The notes beneath the pieces are model-generated. The model was not told where the DNA came from. It was given only the letters and a program-made list of their open reading frames with translations, and searched no databases. A DNA stretch of 64,000 bases. Source: Alphaproteobacteria bacterium. GTDB lineage: Bacteria > Pseudomonadota > Alphaproteobacteria > MPNO01 > UBA830. A program made the translations under genes and the position numbers. Below are positions 10,347 to 19,955 of the stretch, in pieces. The DNA lies in contig OZ244893.1 of the NCBI GenBank assembly GCA_965221485.1, positions 1,861,410 to 1,925,409 on the forward strand. Direction: 5' to 3'. The first letter of the stretch is position 1. Each line of letters opens with the position of its first letter.

Positions 10347-11150
10347 GATATGCAATATTCAGGCGACCAGTCGTCCCGGGTCCCTCGATGGCCGCTGGCG
10401 TTCCGGCAGTGGCAAGGAGCCCGTCGATATCAGGAGGACGCGCTCGATGTCCTTGAGGTCGACGAACCGTGGACGGCCTCCCGCCGGGCAATCCTGATGA
10501 TTGTCGCTGACGGGCTGGGAGGTGCTGCTGGAGGGGCGGTCGCAAGCCGGACTGTGACCGAGACTTTCATTCGTGAATTTGCCAGATCGGATGATGCAAC
10601 CGAGACCAGGTTCAGGCGTTGCCTTGAACGCGCGACAGCCGGCCTGTTCCAGCAGGAGGTCATGTCGCCTCACTTGCGAGGACTCGGCAGCACGGTCGTT
10701 GCCGTTCGTTATGACGGCAGCCGGATCGACTGGCTGAGTGTGGGCGACTCTCCCCTCTGGCTGTTTGCCGGCAACCGGCTGATCCGGCTCAACGCCGATC
10801 ACTCGATGGCACCGCTCGTCGAAGATCTTGTGCGAACCGGCAAACTCTCGGTCGAGACCGCGCGGCATGACCGTCGACGGCACATTCTGGAATCCGCCGT
10901 CATGAGCAGTCCACCGCCGCTGATCGACTGCGCCTCCCGCATCTGCAACCTGGAACCCGGCGATTTCCTGCTGGTCGCGACCGATGGAATCGAAACCCTC
11001 TCCGAACAGGAAATCGCGAAACAGCTTCGTACCGCTGCAGGCAGCGCGGAAACGGCAGCAGACTCGCTGCTTGCCGCGATACGGGCTGCTGACAATCCAG
11101 GCCAGGACAACGTTACCTTTATCTTGCTGGCCGGCGTGGCGAATTCCTGA
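10347..11150 (+). CDS. PP2C-family Ser/Thr protein phosphatase
   Basis: ORF 10296..11150 trimmed to MQYSG. RYQEDA, ADGLGG, VGDS, ATDG motifs of bacterial PP2C (Stp1-like). No kinase or FHA partner nearby. Confidence 0.8.
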   Translation, partial: DMQYSGDQSSRVPRWPLAFRQWQGARRYQEDALDVLEVDEPWTASRRAILMIVADGLGGAAGGAVASRTVTETFIREFARSDDATETRFRRCLERATAGLFQQEVMSPHLRGLGSTVVAVRYDGSRIDWLSVGDSPLWLFAGNRLIRLNADHSMAPLVEDLVRTGKLSVETARHDRRRHILESAVMSSPPPLIDCASRICNLEPGDFLLVATDGIETLSEQEIAKQLRTAAGSAETAADSLLAAIRAADNPGQDNVTFILLAGVANS

Positions 11151-11269
11151 GAATTTGCGATCGGCCCTGCGCCAATACAGGAATCCCGGCGGCCGGCAGG
11201 CGTGTGTCGACATTCGGGTATGTGAACCGGATCTGTGTTTCACGCTGCGGGCAGCGACGGCTGCAATTT

Positions 11270-11761
11270 TCACAATTGTCCACCAAAAAGGAGACCCTCG
11301 AACACGCGGTAGCTAAGCAGCTGCTCAAATACAATCCACGTTACTGCAGTAATGATCAATGCGGCGCCAATCGCCCTGCGCCACGAAAATTTCCCCTGAA
11401 GCCGCATGAACGCAACGGTGTACACCGGTATGGCGGCGATGAAACCGAGGACAGCTGCAAGACCAACAAAGACCACGGGCCAGAGGCAGGCTGCCATGCG
11501 TACGGATCCCCGTCCCGCGGGCGCATCCTCTGAAACCGGTGCGTCGAGAGGCTGTCCCGACACCAGACTTCTGACGGCCTTCCCTGTTCTTGTGTTCGTC
11601 TGCGCAAAAATGTCCAGAACGGTCAGGGCAACAGCCGTCCAGCCAATAAGCATCGGGACGATATGCGCCCGACCTTCATACGCAAAGCTCCAGACCAGAA
11701 ACATCACCGCGAGCGCCAGCCCGGAGACCGCCGGAAGCATTCGCTCCTTCAGTTCGTTCAT
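11270..11761 (-). CDS. tctB: tripartite tricarboxylate transporter TctB family small membrane subunit
   Basis: 163 aa, four hydrophobic segments. 4-nt overlap with tctA stop. Operon context with tctC and tctA. Confidence 0.75.
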   Translation of the reverse strand: MNELKERMLPAVSGLALAVMFLVWSFAYEGRAHIVPMLIGWTAVALTVLDIFAQTNTRTGKAVRSLVSGQPLDAPVSEDAPAGRGSVRMAACLWPVVFVGLAAVLGFIAAIPVYTVAFMRLQGKFSWRRAIGAALIITAVTWIVFEQLLSYRVFEGLLFGGQL

Positions 11762-13260
11762 GTCCCCCGCCCCCGGGCTCGACGGCGGACCAGCAACAGG
11801 CGAAGTGCCGGCAACAACAGGCAGAAAGCCGTCACGACGAACAGCACCAGCGAAATCTCACGAACAAAAAAGACGGTCCAGTCGCCGTCAGCCATGGCCA
11901 GAGACTGGTGATAGCTGCGTTCTGCCAGTTCTCCCAGTACCAGAGCAATGACCAGCGTGATTCTCGGAAACTCGTACCGGATCATCAGATATCCGATGAT
12001 CCCGAATATCATCGCCAGAATCACATCACCGAACTGTCCCTGCAAGGCATAGGTTCCGACCAGAGCCACCGACACAACGGCCGGCACGAGAATGTTCACA
12101 TTCACCAGAGTGATCAGCGACAACTGGCGCGTCACCATCAATCCGAAGAGCGACGCAAGGATGGTCGACGCCGTCAGGGCCAGGATAATGCTGACAACCA
12201 CCTCCTCTTCCTCGATCAGAAGCATCGGCCCGGGCTCGATCCCGTGCAGGATCAGGACTCCCAGAAAAATCGCGGACTCCGCGCTTCCCGGAATGCCGAA
12301 GGAAAGTGTCGGAACCAGGGATCCCCCATCCTTGGCATTGTTGGCCGACTCGGGAGCAATGACCCCCTTGATGTTTCCCTTGCCGAAACTGTCCCGGTCC
12401 CTGGCCGTCTGGACGGTCGCGGTGTAGGCAAGAAATGACGCCACGGTCCCGCCAACGCCGGGAAGTGCGCCGATGAATGTGCCGATTACCGAGCCGCGGA
12501 GAAGAATGGTCCAGTTGCGATATACGGACAGAATTCCCGGAAGCACACCGCTGATGGTCCCGGCGGGCCCGGCCTTGGCCACCGTTCCACCCTTCACGGT
12601 GAGGTTGATCATTTCCGACAGGGCAAACAGCCCCACCAGTGCAGGGACCAGCGGGATCCCGTCATAGAGATATTCAACTCCCGCCGTGAAACGGTAACCG
12701 CCATTCACGGCATCATATCCAACCAGCGCAAGCATGAGTCCGAACAGGGCGCTGATCAGTCCGCGAAGGAACGAAGCGCCGGTAGAAACAGCAATAGCCG
12801 ACAGCCCCAGCATCGCCAGCATGAAGAACTCCGGGGGCCCGAAGGACAGAACGATCAGTTTCGCGATCGGGATGATCGATATCAGCGACAGGATCCCGAT
12901 CAGGCCGCCTGTAGACGAAGCGGCCGCAGCCGCTCCGATTGCCATACCGGCCTTTCCCTGCTGAGCCAGAGGATAGCCATCGAAGCAGGTTGCGGCGTTG
13001 GGAGCGATTCCGGGCGTATTCAGAAGGATGGCAGAGACCGACCCCCCGAAGGATGTTGCCCCCATGACACCACCGATCATGGTGATCGCAAGCCATGGCT
13101 CCATGCCAAACGTCAACGGCATCAACAGCGCAATCGCGGTTGTGCCGCCCAGACCCGGCACCGCGCCGAAAACCAGTCCGACAAATACACCCAGACACAA
13201 ATAAAGGGTGCCCTGCCATGTAAACAGCAGGGCAAGCCCACCGGAAAGAGCCTCAATCAA
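11758..13260 (-). CDS. tctA: tripartite tricarboxylate transporter permease TctA
   Basis: 500 aa polytopic protein with TctA signature blocks (GAVPGLGG, GALPGVGG). Confidence 0.9.
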   Translation of the reverse strand: MIEALSGGLALLFTWQGTLYLCLGVFVGLVFGAVPGLGGTTAIALLMPLTFGMEPWLAITMIGGVMGATSFGGSVSAILLNTPGIAPNAATCFDGYPLAQQGKAGMAIGAAAAASSTGGLIGILSLISIIPIAKLIVLSFGPPEFFMLAMLGLSAIAVSTGASFLRGLISALFGLMLALVGYDAVNGGYRFTAGVEYLYDGIPLVPALVGLFALSEMINLTVKGGTVAKAGPAGTISGVLPGILSVYRNWTILLRGSVIGTFIGALPGVGGTVASFLAYTATVQTARDRDSFGKGNIKGVIAPESANNAKDGGSLVPTLSFGIPGSAESAIFLGVLILHGIEPGPMLLIEEEEVVVSIILALTASTILASLFGLMVTRQLSLITLVNVNILVPAVVSVALVGTYALQGQFGDVILAMIFGIIGYLMIRYEFPRITLVIALVLGELAERSYHQSLAMADGDWTVFFVREISLVLFVVTAFCLLLPALRLLLVRRRARGRGT

Positions 13261-13328
13261 GGCTCGTTGTCATCGGGCGTTCCCCTGCCCGATCCTTCAC
13301 GTGTGTTGTGTCGACGAACGTCCGGTCC

Positions 13329-14279
13329 TCACTTCTGCGCTTCGAGGGCCGGCTTGTACTTCAGATAGAATTTCAGAACGGCATCAACGCGCTGGGCCGT
13401 TTCTGCTGCCCCTGCCGGAAAGTAAGGGCGTTTTTTTGTCTTGGCCTGCAGCTCCGGATCGGCCATGGCCTTGAGCAGGGCCGTCTCGAGGATTCCGATC
13501 CGTTCGGCCGGAATGCCGGGAGGTCCGCCGACCAGCCGTTCGAGGCCCATGCCTTCCAGTTCGGCAAAGCCCAGAGACCGCACCGTCGGAACACCGGGAA
13601 AGGAGCTCTTGTCCTCGAACGTTGCCAGAAGCCGGACATCACCTGCTTCGTGATACTTTCTCACCGTGGTCACCAGGGTGAAGACAGCATCACCATCTCC
13701 CCGGATCGCAGCCAGAATGAACTGCTTCGATCCCTTGTAACCCGTCAGCATCTTGAAATTCAGACCCATGACCGTGGAGGCAACGACACTGGCTGTATGA
13801 CCGGTCGAACCAAGTCCGGTGGTCGTAATCTTGAGCGGACGATTCAGCATTCTGATATCGTCGACACTGTTGATCCCGCTCTTCGCACCGACCATGAGCG
13901 CATAGGTTCCACGAGCGAGGCGCGCAATCCAGCTGACCTTCTCAAGCTCATAGCTGACCTTTTCCCCGAGAAGCGGCGGGACCGCCATTCCCGGTATGTT
14001 GAACACTGCGATGGTGTGGCCGTCCGGCTTGGCCCGGTAAAGACGGCTGATCCCCTTGCGCCCGCCTGCGCCGGAAACATTCTTGGGCACCACGTTCACC
14101 TTTTCGGGAAGGTATTTCTCCATATAAGGCACGATGGCGCGAACCGTACGATCAAATCCGCCGCCAGCGCTGTAGGGGATAATGAAAGTAATGTCCTTTT
14201 CCGGAAACGCGTGCGAAGTCGCAGGCGCAACAAGAATCAGGCTCAGCCCGATAACGGATGGCAGTGACAGACGGCGCAT
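13329..14279 (-). CDS. tctC: tripartite tricarboxylate transporter substrate-binding protein (TctC/Bug family)
   Basis: ORF 13329..14312 trimmed to MRRLSLPS preceded by GGGAGAA. Signal peptide plus Bug-family fold motifs (PYSAGGGFD, TGYKGS). Confidence 0.85.
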   Translation of the reverse strand: MRRLSLPSVIGLSLILVAPATSHAFPEKDITFIIPYSAGGGFDRTVRAIVPYMEKYLPEKVNVVPKNVSGAGGRKGISRLYRAKPDGHTIAVFNIPGMAVPPLLGEKVSYELEKVSWIARLARGTYALMVGAKSGINSVDDIRMLNRPLKITTTGLGSTGHTASVVASTVMGLNFKMLTGYKGSKQFILAAIRGDGDAVFTLVTTVRKYHEAGDVRLLATFEDKSSFPGVPTVRSLGFAELEGMGLERLVGGPPGIPAERIGILETALLKAMADPELQAKTKKRPYFPAGAAETAQRVDAVLKFYLKYKPALEAQK

Positions 14280-14374
14280 GGCGTTTTCTCCCTGATGATG
14301 GCTTCTGTTCAATTCATTCCATGCTACAGCGATTCACCATCGCTGCAAGCCTCGTGACCAGGCACGGTTTCCGA

Positions 14375-15454
14375 TCAGGGATGCACGGTTTCGGTAAACC
14401 AGTCGGTCGGCAATTCGTTGCCAATACCGGCTTCCCGCGCCTTTCGATGAACAAGATAACCTGCGGCAGCAAATTGATAGCCAAGCCCCAGATTGTTGAG
14501 AAAACAGGTGACCTGATCCTCCTCGGTGCGGCCCTGACGCTGTCCGGTTATTATTTGCGGGAGGGACGGCAGAGAAGCATGCCAATCGTCGTGCTCGACG
14601 CCGTAACTGCCGACCCGGTCCTCTCCGACACGAACTCCGTGGGTATAGATGAGTTGGGCATTGTCGTCGTGGTCAAGCAAGGAGAACAGGTCGATCCGGT
14701 CCCGTGCCGCCGTCTCGATCTCCGTGGCGCCCGGGCGGACGGATCCGATATGCATGCCGGGCTCGATCCAGTCACGCAGAAACACCGGCATGACGGCGTT
14801 CGTTGCGCACGCGACCATATGAGCGCCGCGGCACGCCTCCTCACCCGTCTCGCATGCATGTACCGGCACGCCAGACGCATCCGCCATCTCCTCTGCGAAG
14901 CTTTCCCTGTGGTCCCGGTTGGGGCTGTAGACCCGGATTTCCTGCAGATCGCGCTCGGCAGCATGGGCCATCACCTGCGCGCCGGCCTGCCAGCCGGAGC
15001 CAAGCACAGCAAGGATATCTGCGGACCGGCGCGCGAGGTATCGGGCCGCAAGCGCATTCGTCGCACCGACCCGGGCTCGTTGCATGACCCCGTCAGGCAT
15101 GATGGCAAGCGGCTCACCGCTATGGGTGCTGAAGAGAAGAACCAGCCCCACATACCGCCCGTCTGGCGCTGCCGGCACCTTGACCCGTCGCATTTCATTT
15201 CCCGACCGGGGAAACGTCAGAATATCGGAATTGATGCGAACCGCCCCGACACCAAACTTCGGAATCACGCCGTCCATGGACTTGAGTGCGTAGAGCCCAT
15301 CGTCACGCAGCGTTGTGGGTGTGACGATATCGGACCGGAGCCGGGTTGCGCCACGATCCTCTGCCAGTTCGATATAGGCCTCCTCAAGAATGGCGATCAG
15401 TTCACTCATATCAAGAAGGGGCTCGATTTCTTCGTTGGACAGGATCAATGTCAT
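14375..15454 (-). CDS. ornithine cyclodeaminase/mu-crystallin family protein (paralog 2)
   Basis: 359 aa. MTLILSNEEIEPLLDM N-terminus and VLGSGWQA Rossmann motif. Heads the tctCAB gene string. Confidence 0.85.
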   Translation of the reverse strand: MTLILSNEEIEPLLDMSELIAILEEAYIELAEDRGATRLRSDIVTPTTLRDDGLYALKSMDGVIPKFGVGAVRINSDILTFPRSGNEMRRVKVPAAPDGRYVGLVLLFSTHSGEPLAIMPDGVMQRARVGATNALAARYLARRSADILAVLGSGWQAGAQVMAHAAERDLQEIRVYSPNRDHRESFAEEMADASGVPVHACETGEEACRGAHMVACATNAVMPVFLRDWIEPGMHIGSVRPGATEIETAARDRIDLFSLLDHDDNAQLIYTHGVRVGEDRVGSYGVEHDDWHASLPSLPQIITGQRQGRTEEDQVTCFLNNLGLGYQFAAAGYLVHRKAREAGIGNELPTDWFTETVHP

Positions 15455-15488
15455 CTTGGCCTTCCGTCAGTGCACCGGTTCAAGGGCC

Positions 15489-16121
15489 TCAGGTGACTTC
15501 GCTGGTCTGCGCGATGATGACGCCGCGTTCCCGCAGGTCTGTCATGGCCCGGGCAAGCGAGTTCTCGACATCGATGGCCCGGCAGGCATCTTCCAGGAGC
15601 ACCGCTTCGAACCCTTCGGTCCGTGCATCCAGCGCCGACCAGGCAACGCAGAAGTCCGTGGCGAGCCCGGCAAGAAACAGTCGGCCAAAGCCACGCTGCC
15701 TTAGATAGCCGGCAAGCCCGGTGGGTGTCTGTCCGTCGTTCTCAAAGAAAGCCGAGTAGGAATCGATCGAACGGCGAAAACCCTTTCGCACAACCATTTC
15801 GGCGCGATTGACATCAAGTGCGGGATGAAACTCTGCGCCCTCGGTCCCCTGAACGCAATGATCTGGCCACAGCACCTGCTGTCCGTATTCGAGTTCAACC
15901 ATCTCCAGGGGTGCTTTCCCCGGGTGGCTGCTGGCAAAGGATCTGTGGCCCTGGGGGTGCCAGTCCTGGGTCAGAACGACATGCTGAAACCGATTTGCAA
16001 GGTTGTTGATCACGGGAACGACCTGATCGCCGTCGGGAACTGCCAGCGCCCCGCCAGGACAAAAATCGTTCTGTACATCGATCACAAGGAGCACATCCTC
16101 GCCCGGATCGGAGACCACCAC
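15489..16121 (-). CDS. pncA: nicotinamidase/pyrazinamidase (isochorismatase family)
   Basis: 210 aa. LLVIDVQNDF, QDWHPQGHRSF (metal-binding D-x-H...H) and WPDHCVQGTEGAEFHP plus ATDFCV cysteine match the PncA signature. Confidence 0.8.
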   Translation of the reverse strand: MVVSDPGEDVLLVIDVQNDFCPGGALAVPDGDQVVPVINNLANRFQHVVLTQDWHPQGHRSFASSHPGKAPLEMVELEYGQQVLWPDHCVQGTEGAEFHPALDVNRAEMVVRKGFRRSIDSYSAFFENDGQTPTGLAGYLRQRGFGRLFLAGLATDFCVAWSALDARTEGFEAVLLEDACRAIDVENSLARAMTDLRERGVIIAQTSEVT

Positions 16122-16413
16122 GCCCTGTTCTCCTGCAGCTTGAATAAAGTTTCCGGAACCAAGAATGGCCCAGCCAGCCGGCTACAGCAAGTTATCCGAT
16201 GACAGCCCCTTCCATGACAGGAGTTGGCCCCGATCCCAGGTCCCGGTGCCGGGGCCCGGATATTGCGGCCTGCCCGGTGCGGTTTCTTTTTCCGCTGGCA
16301 TGATCCGGTCATGCGCCGGATCCGGTCCGGTCGATAAAATTCTCACAGCGTCAAGCCGGGATGAGCCGGCCAGTTTATCTTGTTTCGGTTGCCCGGACCG
16401 TTCATGTTAAGCC

Positions 16414-16953
16414 ATGACCACGAAGCGAAAAACCGGACCATCGGTCAGAAAGATTCCGGAAGGCGACAATCGCGAACGGTTGGTGTGTCCGGATTGCGAT
16501 TACGTGGTCTATGACAATCCCAAGATCGTGACAGGATCGGTCTGCACCCATGGTGACAAGGTGCTTCTGTGCCGCCGTGCGATCGAGCCGCGCCGCGGTT
16601 ACTGGACCCTTCCCGCGGGCTATCTCGAGCTTCATGAAACTGCAGAAGCGGGGGCAAGACGGGAAGCTTATGAAGAAGCTACAGCCGAAATCGAGATTGA
16701 GGGGCTGCTCGCAGTGTACTCCATCAAGCGGATCAGCCAGGTTCAGCTTATCTATCGCGCCCGTCTGGCATCAACTGATATAGCGGCCGGTGAGGAATCC
16801 CTTGAAGTGGCCCTGTTCGGGTGGAGGGACATTCCCTGGGATGACCTCGCCTTTCCTTCGGTTCACTGGGCCCTTCAACAGTGGCACTCGATTGCGGATC
16901 AGGAGTCATGGGCACCGTTTTGCAATCCGGAAGGCGAAACCGGAGACTATTGA
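16414..16953 (+). CDS. NUDIX hydrolase with N-terminal CxxC zinc-ribbon
   Basis: 179 aa. CPDCDYVVYDNP ribbon then Nudix box GYLELHETAEAGARREAYEEATA. Divergent from pncA. Confidence 0.8.
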   Translation: MTTKRKTGPSVRKIPEGDNRERLVCPDCDYVVYDNPKIVTGSVCTHGDKVLLCRRAIEPRRGYWTLPAGYLELHETAEAGARREAYEEATAEIEIEGLLAVYSIKRISQVQLIYRARLASTDIAAGEESLEVALFGWRDIPWDDLAFPSVHWALQQWHSIADQESWAPFCNPEGETGDY

Positions 16954-17440
16954 GGGGACACTGCCCGGGCAGGGCAGCACAAGCTCAGGAACGTAAACCC
17001 GCACGGTTTCAAAGCGTTTGACGGCGGATTATCGAAGAGGAACGGGCACTTGCGCTTTCCAGGGCAGGAAACCGGACTTCGGCTCGCGACCACCATCCGG
17101 TTGCGATGCCTTCCTTCGGAAGCCAGCTGCCGCCCATGCTGTCCCAGCCGGAAGGCAAGGCTTGTTTCTTACCGAAACGGAGTCACCTGGTCGATAGTCA
17201 CCAATCCGTAACTTTCTATAGCACCTGATGCAGTGTAGTTTGCATGCAAGTTTTCTCGCAGAAAATTATCAAGCCAATCAAATGACATCTGCAGATTTCT
17301 TCCAGTTTGAGAGCGAGATCTACTCGTCTGCGGGTCGGCTGGACCCGTGGGCCTGGTGCTGGCGCGAGGGCGCGATTCCAGAAGGCAGTATCGAGGTTTC
17401 GCCGTTGGGCGCTATTGCCGTACTTGCCAAGTCGGGGAAA

Positions 17441-17914
17441 ATGCGGCGACTGCCGGTTGGCGTCATTGGCCCGCGCGAGGCCTCCCGGCAACAGCAAGAG
17501 ACGGCAGCTGCGCTGGGACGCGAGATCGGACGGTCGAACCTGACCCTTCTGTGCGGCGGTATGGGCGGTGTCATGGAGAGCGCCGCAGCAGCGTGCCATT
17601 CCGCCGGCGGACTGACCGTCGGGTTTCTTCCGGGCGAATCATGGCGCGATGCCAATCCGTTCATCACATTGCCCCTTGCCACCGGGTTAAGCGAGGGACG
17701 AAATATAGTCATAGCGCGATCGAGTCTCGCCCTGATCGCCATCGGCACTTCCTATGGAACGCTTACGGAGGTTGCCTATGGTCTGCATTTCGGGAAGCCC
17801 GTCATCGGGCTCACCGGGGCGCCAGAGGTCGATGGCGTGGTTCATGTTTCGACGGTGGCCGATGCCATGAGCTGTCTCGCGACCCGTCTTCTGGGCGCCG
17901 CCAGTGTGTCATAA
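17441..17914 (+). CDS. LOG/TIGR00725-family Rossmann-fold nucleotide-binding protein
   Basis: ORF 17228..17914. Core LLCGGMGGVMESAAAA and GTSYGTLTEVAYGL resemble LOG-family PGGxGTxxE motifs. Start placed at MRRLPVGVIGP (typical ~158 aa length). Alternative upstream starts at 17282/17228 would add a ~53-71 aa extension. Confidence 0.6.
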   Translation: MRRLPVGVIGPREASRQQQETAAALGREIGRSNLTLLCGGMGGVMESAAAACHSAGGLTVGFLPGESWRDANPFITLPLATGLSEGRNIVIARSSLALIAIGTSYGTLTEVAYGLHFGKPVIGLTGAPEVDGVVHVSTVADAMSCLATRLLGAASVS

Positions 17915-17967
17915 ATCATACAGGTTGGACTGTTAGTCGTAAGTTAACTTGCAGGAGAACAGGCCCG

Positions 17968-19053
17968 GTGGTGGTGCCAGTCATCGAACTTCGGAACGTA
18001 ACGCGACGCTTCGGTTCAAATGTTGTTCTGGACGATGTCTCGTTAAGTGTCGAGCAGGGGACATTTGTATCGCTGCTTGGCGCATCCGGATGCGGCAAAT
18101 CCACAACCCTGCGAATAATGGCGGGTCTGGATACCCCGTCTGACGGGTCGGTGTATCTCAACGGCAGCGATGTCTCCCAGAACACTGCCTACGAACGCAA
18201 CATCGCGATGGTGTTCCAGTCATACGCTCTCTACCCGCATATGACCGTCGCCCAGAACATTGCCTTGCCGCTGCTTGCCCGTCATCTCTCCGCCTTTGGG
18301 AGATTGCCCTGGCTGGGTCGACTGGAGCCTAGTTCGGGGGCCACCCGCCGGGACATTCGGCGGCAGGTCGAGGAGGTGGCCGGTGTGCTCGGACTGGAGG
18401 AACTCCTGGACCGGAAGCCCGGCACGCTCTCGGGCGGACAGAAACAGCGTGTTGCATTGGGCCGTGCCCTGGTCCGGGATCCCGAGATCTTTCTCCTGGA
18501 CGAGCCTCTGTCGAACCTGGACGCGCGCCTCAGGGTGCAGATGCGTTCGGAGCTGGTGACACTCAATGCGCGAACCGGTCGGGCCTTCGTCTATGTGACC
18601 CACGACCAAGCTGAAGCCATGTCGATGTCAGATCGCATCGCCATAATGATGAATGGCAAGATCGCCCAGTACGCAACGCCCAAGGAGTTGTATGAGCGGC
18701 CGTCCAGCCAGTTGGTTGCAGCGTTTATCGGAACCCACCCTATCAATTTTATCCTCCCCGACAGGGGGTTGGCAGAATCCTTCTCCTTCGCCAACGGCCG
18801 AATCGTCGGCATCCGTCCGGAACATCTGCGGCTCGACGATACCGGACCGTTGGAGGGCTATATTGACGGGCTCGAGTATCTTGGCTCGGAAATCGTACTG
18901 ACCCTTCGCCAGACAAGCGGCGACACCGTAACAGCAATACTTCCAGGAGCGACCGAATTGCCGGACGCCACCAGCCGAATTCGACTGGGGTTTGAGCGTT
19001 CGGACGTCCACCTCTTCGACGCCCGGAACGGCCAACGGGTGGAATTCCAGTGA
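17968..19053 (+). CDS. ABC transporter ATP-binding protein (CUT1, UgpC/MalK-like)
   Basis: Walker A GASGCGKST, signature LSGGQKQR, Walker B IFLLDEP, plus C-terminal TOBE-like regulatory domain. GTG start after AGGAG. The upstream part of table ORF 17347..19053 is an out-of-frame read-through over the LOG-like gene. Confidence 0.85.
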   Translation: MVVPVIELRNVTRRFGSNVVLDDVSLSVEQGTFVSLLGASGCGKSTTLRIMAGLDTPSDGSVYLNGSDVSQNTAYERNIAMVFQSYALYPHMTVAQNIALPLLARHLSAFGRLPWLGRLEPSSGATRRDIRRQVEEVAGVLGLEELLDRKPGTLSGGQKQRVALGRALVRDPEIFLLDEPLSNLDARLRVQMRSELVTLNARTGRAFVYVTHDQAEAMSMSDRIAIMMNGKIAQYATPKELYERPSSQLVAAFIGTHPINFILPDRGLAESFSFANGRIVGIRPEHLRLDDTGPLEGYIDGLEYLGSEIVLTLRQTSGDTVTAILPGATELPDATSRIRLGFERSDVHLFDARNGQRVEFQ

Positions 19054-19955
19054 TCAGTCTCTCCAGAAGAGCCCGCCACGAGTATGCCGTCAGTGTCTGG
19101 CTTGCCGGGCCGGCGACGCTGGTGATGGTTCTGTTTATATTCGTCCCGGTTGCCATCGTCGCCCTCTTCTCTTTCACCGACTATCAATTTGGAGCAAGGA
19201 CGCTCAACTGGATCGGGCTGGACAACTATGCCGAACTGTTCGGCAGCAAGCTTGGGCGCAAGGCAGTCACCAATACGCTGCTCTATGTAGCGGTGGTCAT
19301 TCCATCTTCGATTATTTTGTCCCTGTTGGTCGCAATGGGATTGCACCGGATGATCGAATGGTGGCCGGCCCTCTCCCGATTGCTTCGAACGGTTTATTTT
19401 TTGCCCGTCGCTGCGACCCTGGTTGCGATGGCTATCGCGTGGCAAATGCTGCTGCACCCGACCCTGGGCCTCGTCAATTCGGCAATCGTCGAGATCGGTC
19501 TGAAACCTCAGAACTGGCTCAGCGACCGGAGCCTGGTGATCTACACCCTGTCCGTCATCGGTATCTGGCAGACCGTTGGATACAACATGGTCCTGTTTCT
19601 GGCCGGCCTGAGTGCAATTCCCAACGAACTCTATGAGGCGGCGGAAATCGACGGTTCGGGCGGGGCGTGGTTCCGGTTCTGGACGGTGACGTGGCCGATG
19701 CTGGGGCCGACGACGCTCTTCGTGTTGATCATCACAGCGACGCGGGCGTTCAGTGTATTTGAGACTGTCGCGACGCTGACCGAAGGCGGTCCCGCGTTTG
19801 CTTCGGACACCCTTGTCTATGCCCTGTATCGGGAAGGTTTCATCTACTTCAAGGCGGGATACTCAAGCGCCATCACGATGGTGTTTTTCGCCACCTTGCT
19901 GATATTGACCCTGGCACAGCTGCGCGTGGTTGAGCGGCGGGTGCATTATCGATGA
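19050..19955 (+). CDS. ABC transporter permease (MalF/UgpA-like)
   Basis: 301 aa, six TM segments, EAA-like loop (EAAEIDGSG). 4-nt overlap with ATPase stop. Confidence 0.85.
   Translation: MISLSRRARHEYAVSVWLAGPATLVMVLFIFVPVAIVALFSFTDYQFGARTLNWIGLDNYAELFGSKLGRKAVTNTLLYVAVVIPSSIILSLLVAMGLHRMIEWWPALSRLLRTVYFLPVAATLVAMAIAWQMLLHPTLGLVNSAIVEIGLKPQNWLSDRSLVIYTLSVIGIWQTVGYNMVLFLAGLSAIPNELYEAAEIDGSGGAWFRFWTVTWPMLGPTTLFVLIITATRAFSVFETVATLTEGGPAFASDTLVYALYREGFIYFKAGYSSAITMVFFATLLILTLAQLRVVERRVHYR

Noticed and set aside
13308-15496. Plus-strand ORFs 13308..14267 and 14258..15496
   Set aside because: Antisense to tctC and the OCD paralog. No motifs.
17347-19053. 568-aa ORF spanning the LOG-like gene and the ABC ATPase
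   Set aside because: Its N-terminal 207 codons run out of frame across the LOG-like gene and are arginine-rich low-complexity. The genuine ATPase begins at the GTG at 17968 after an AGGAG RBS.
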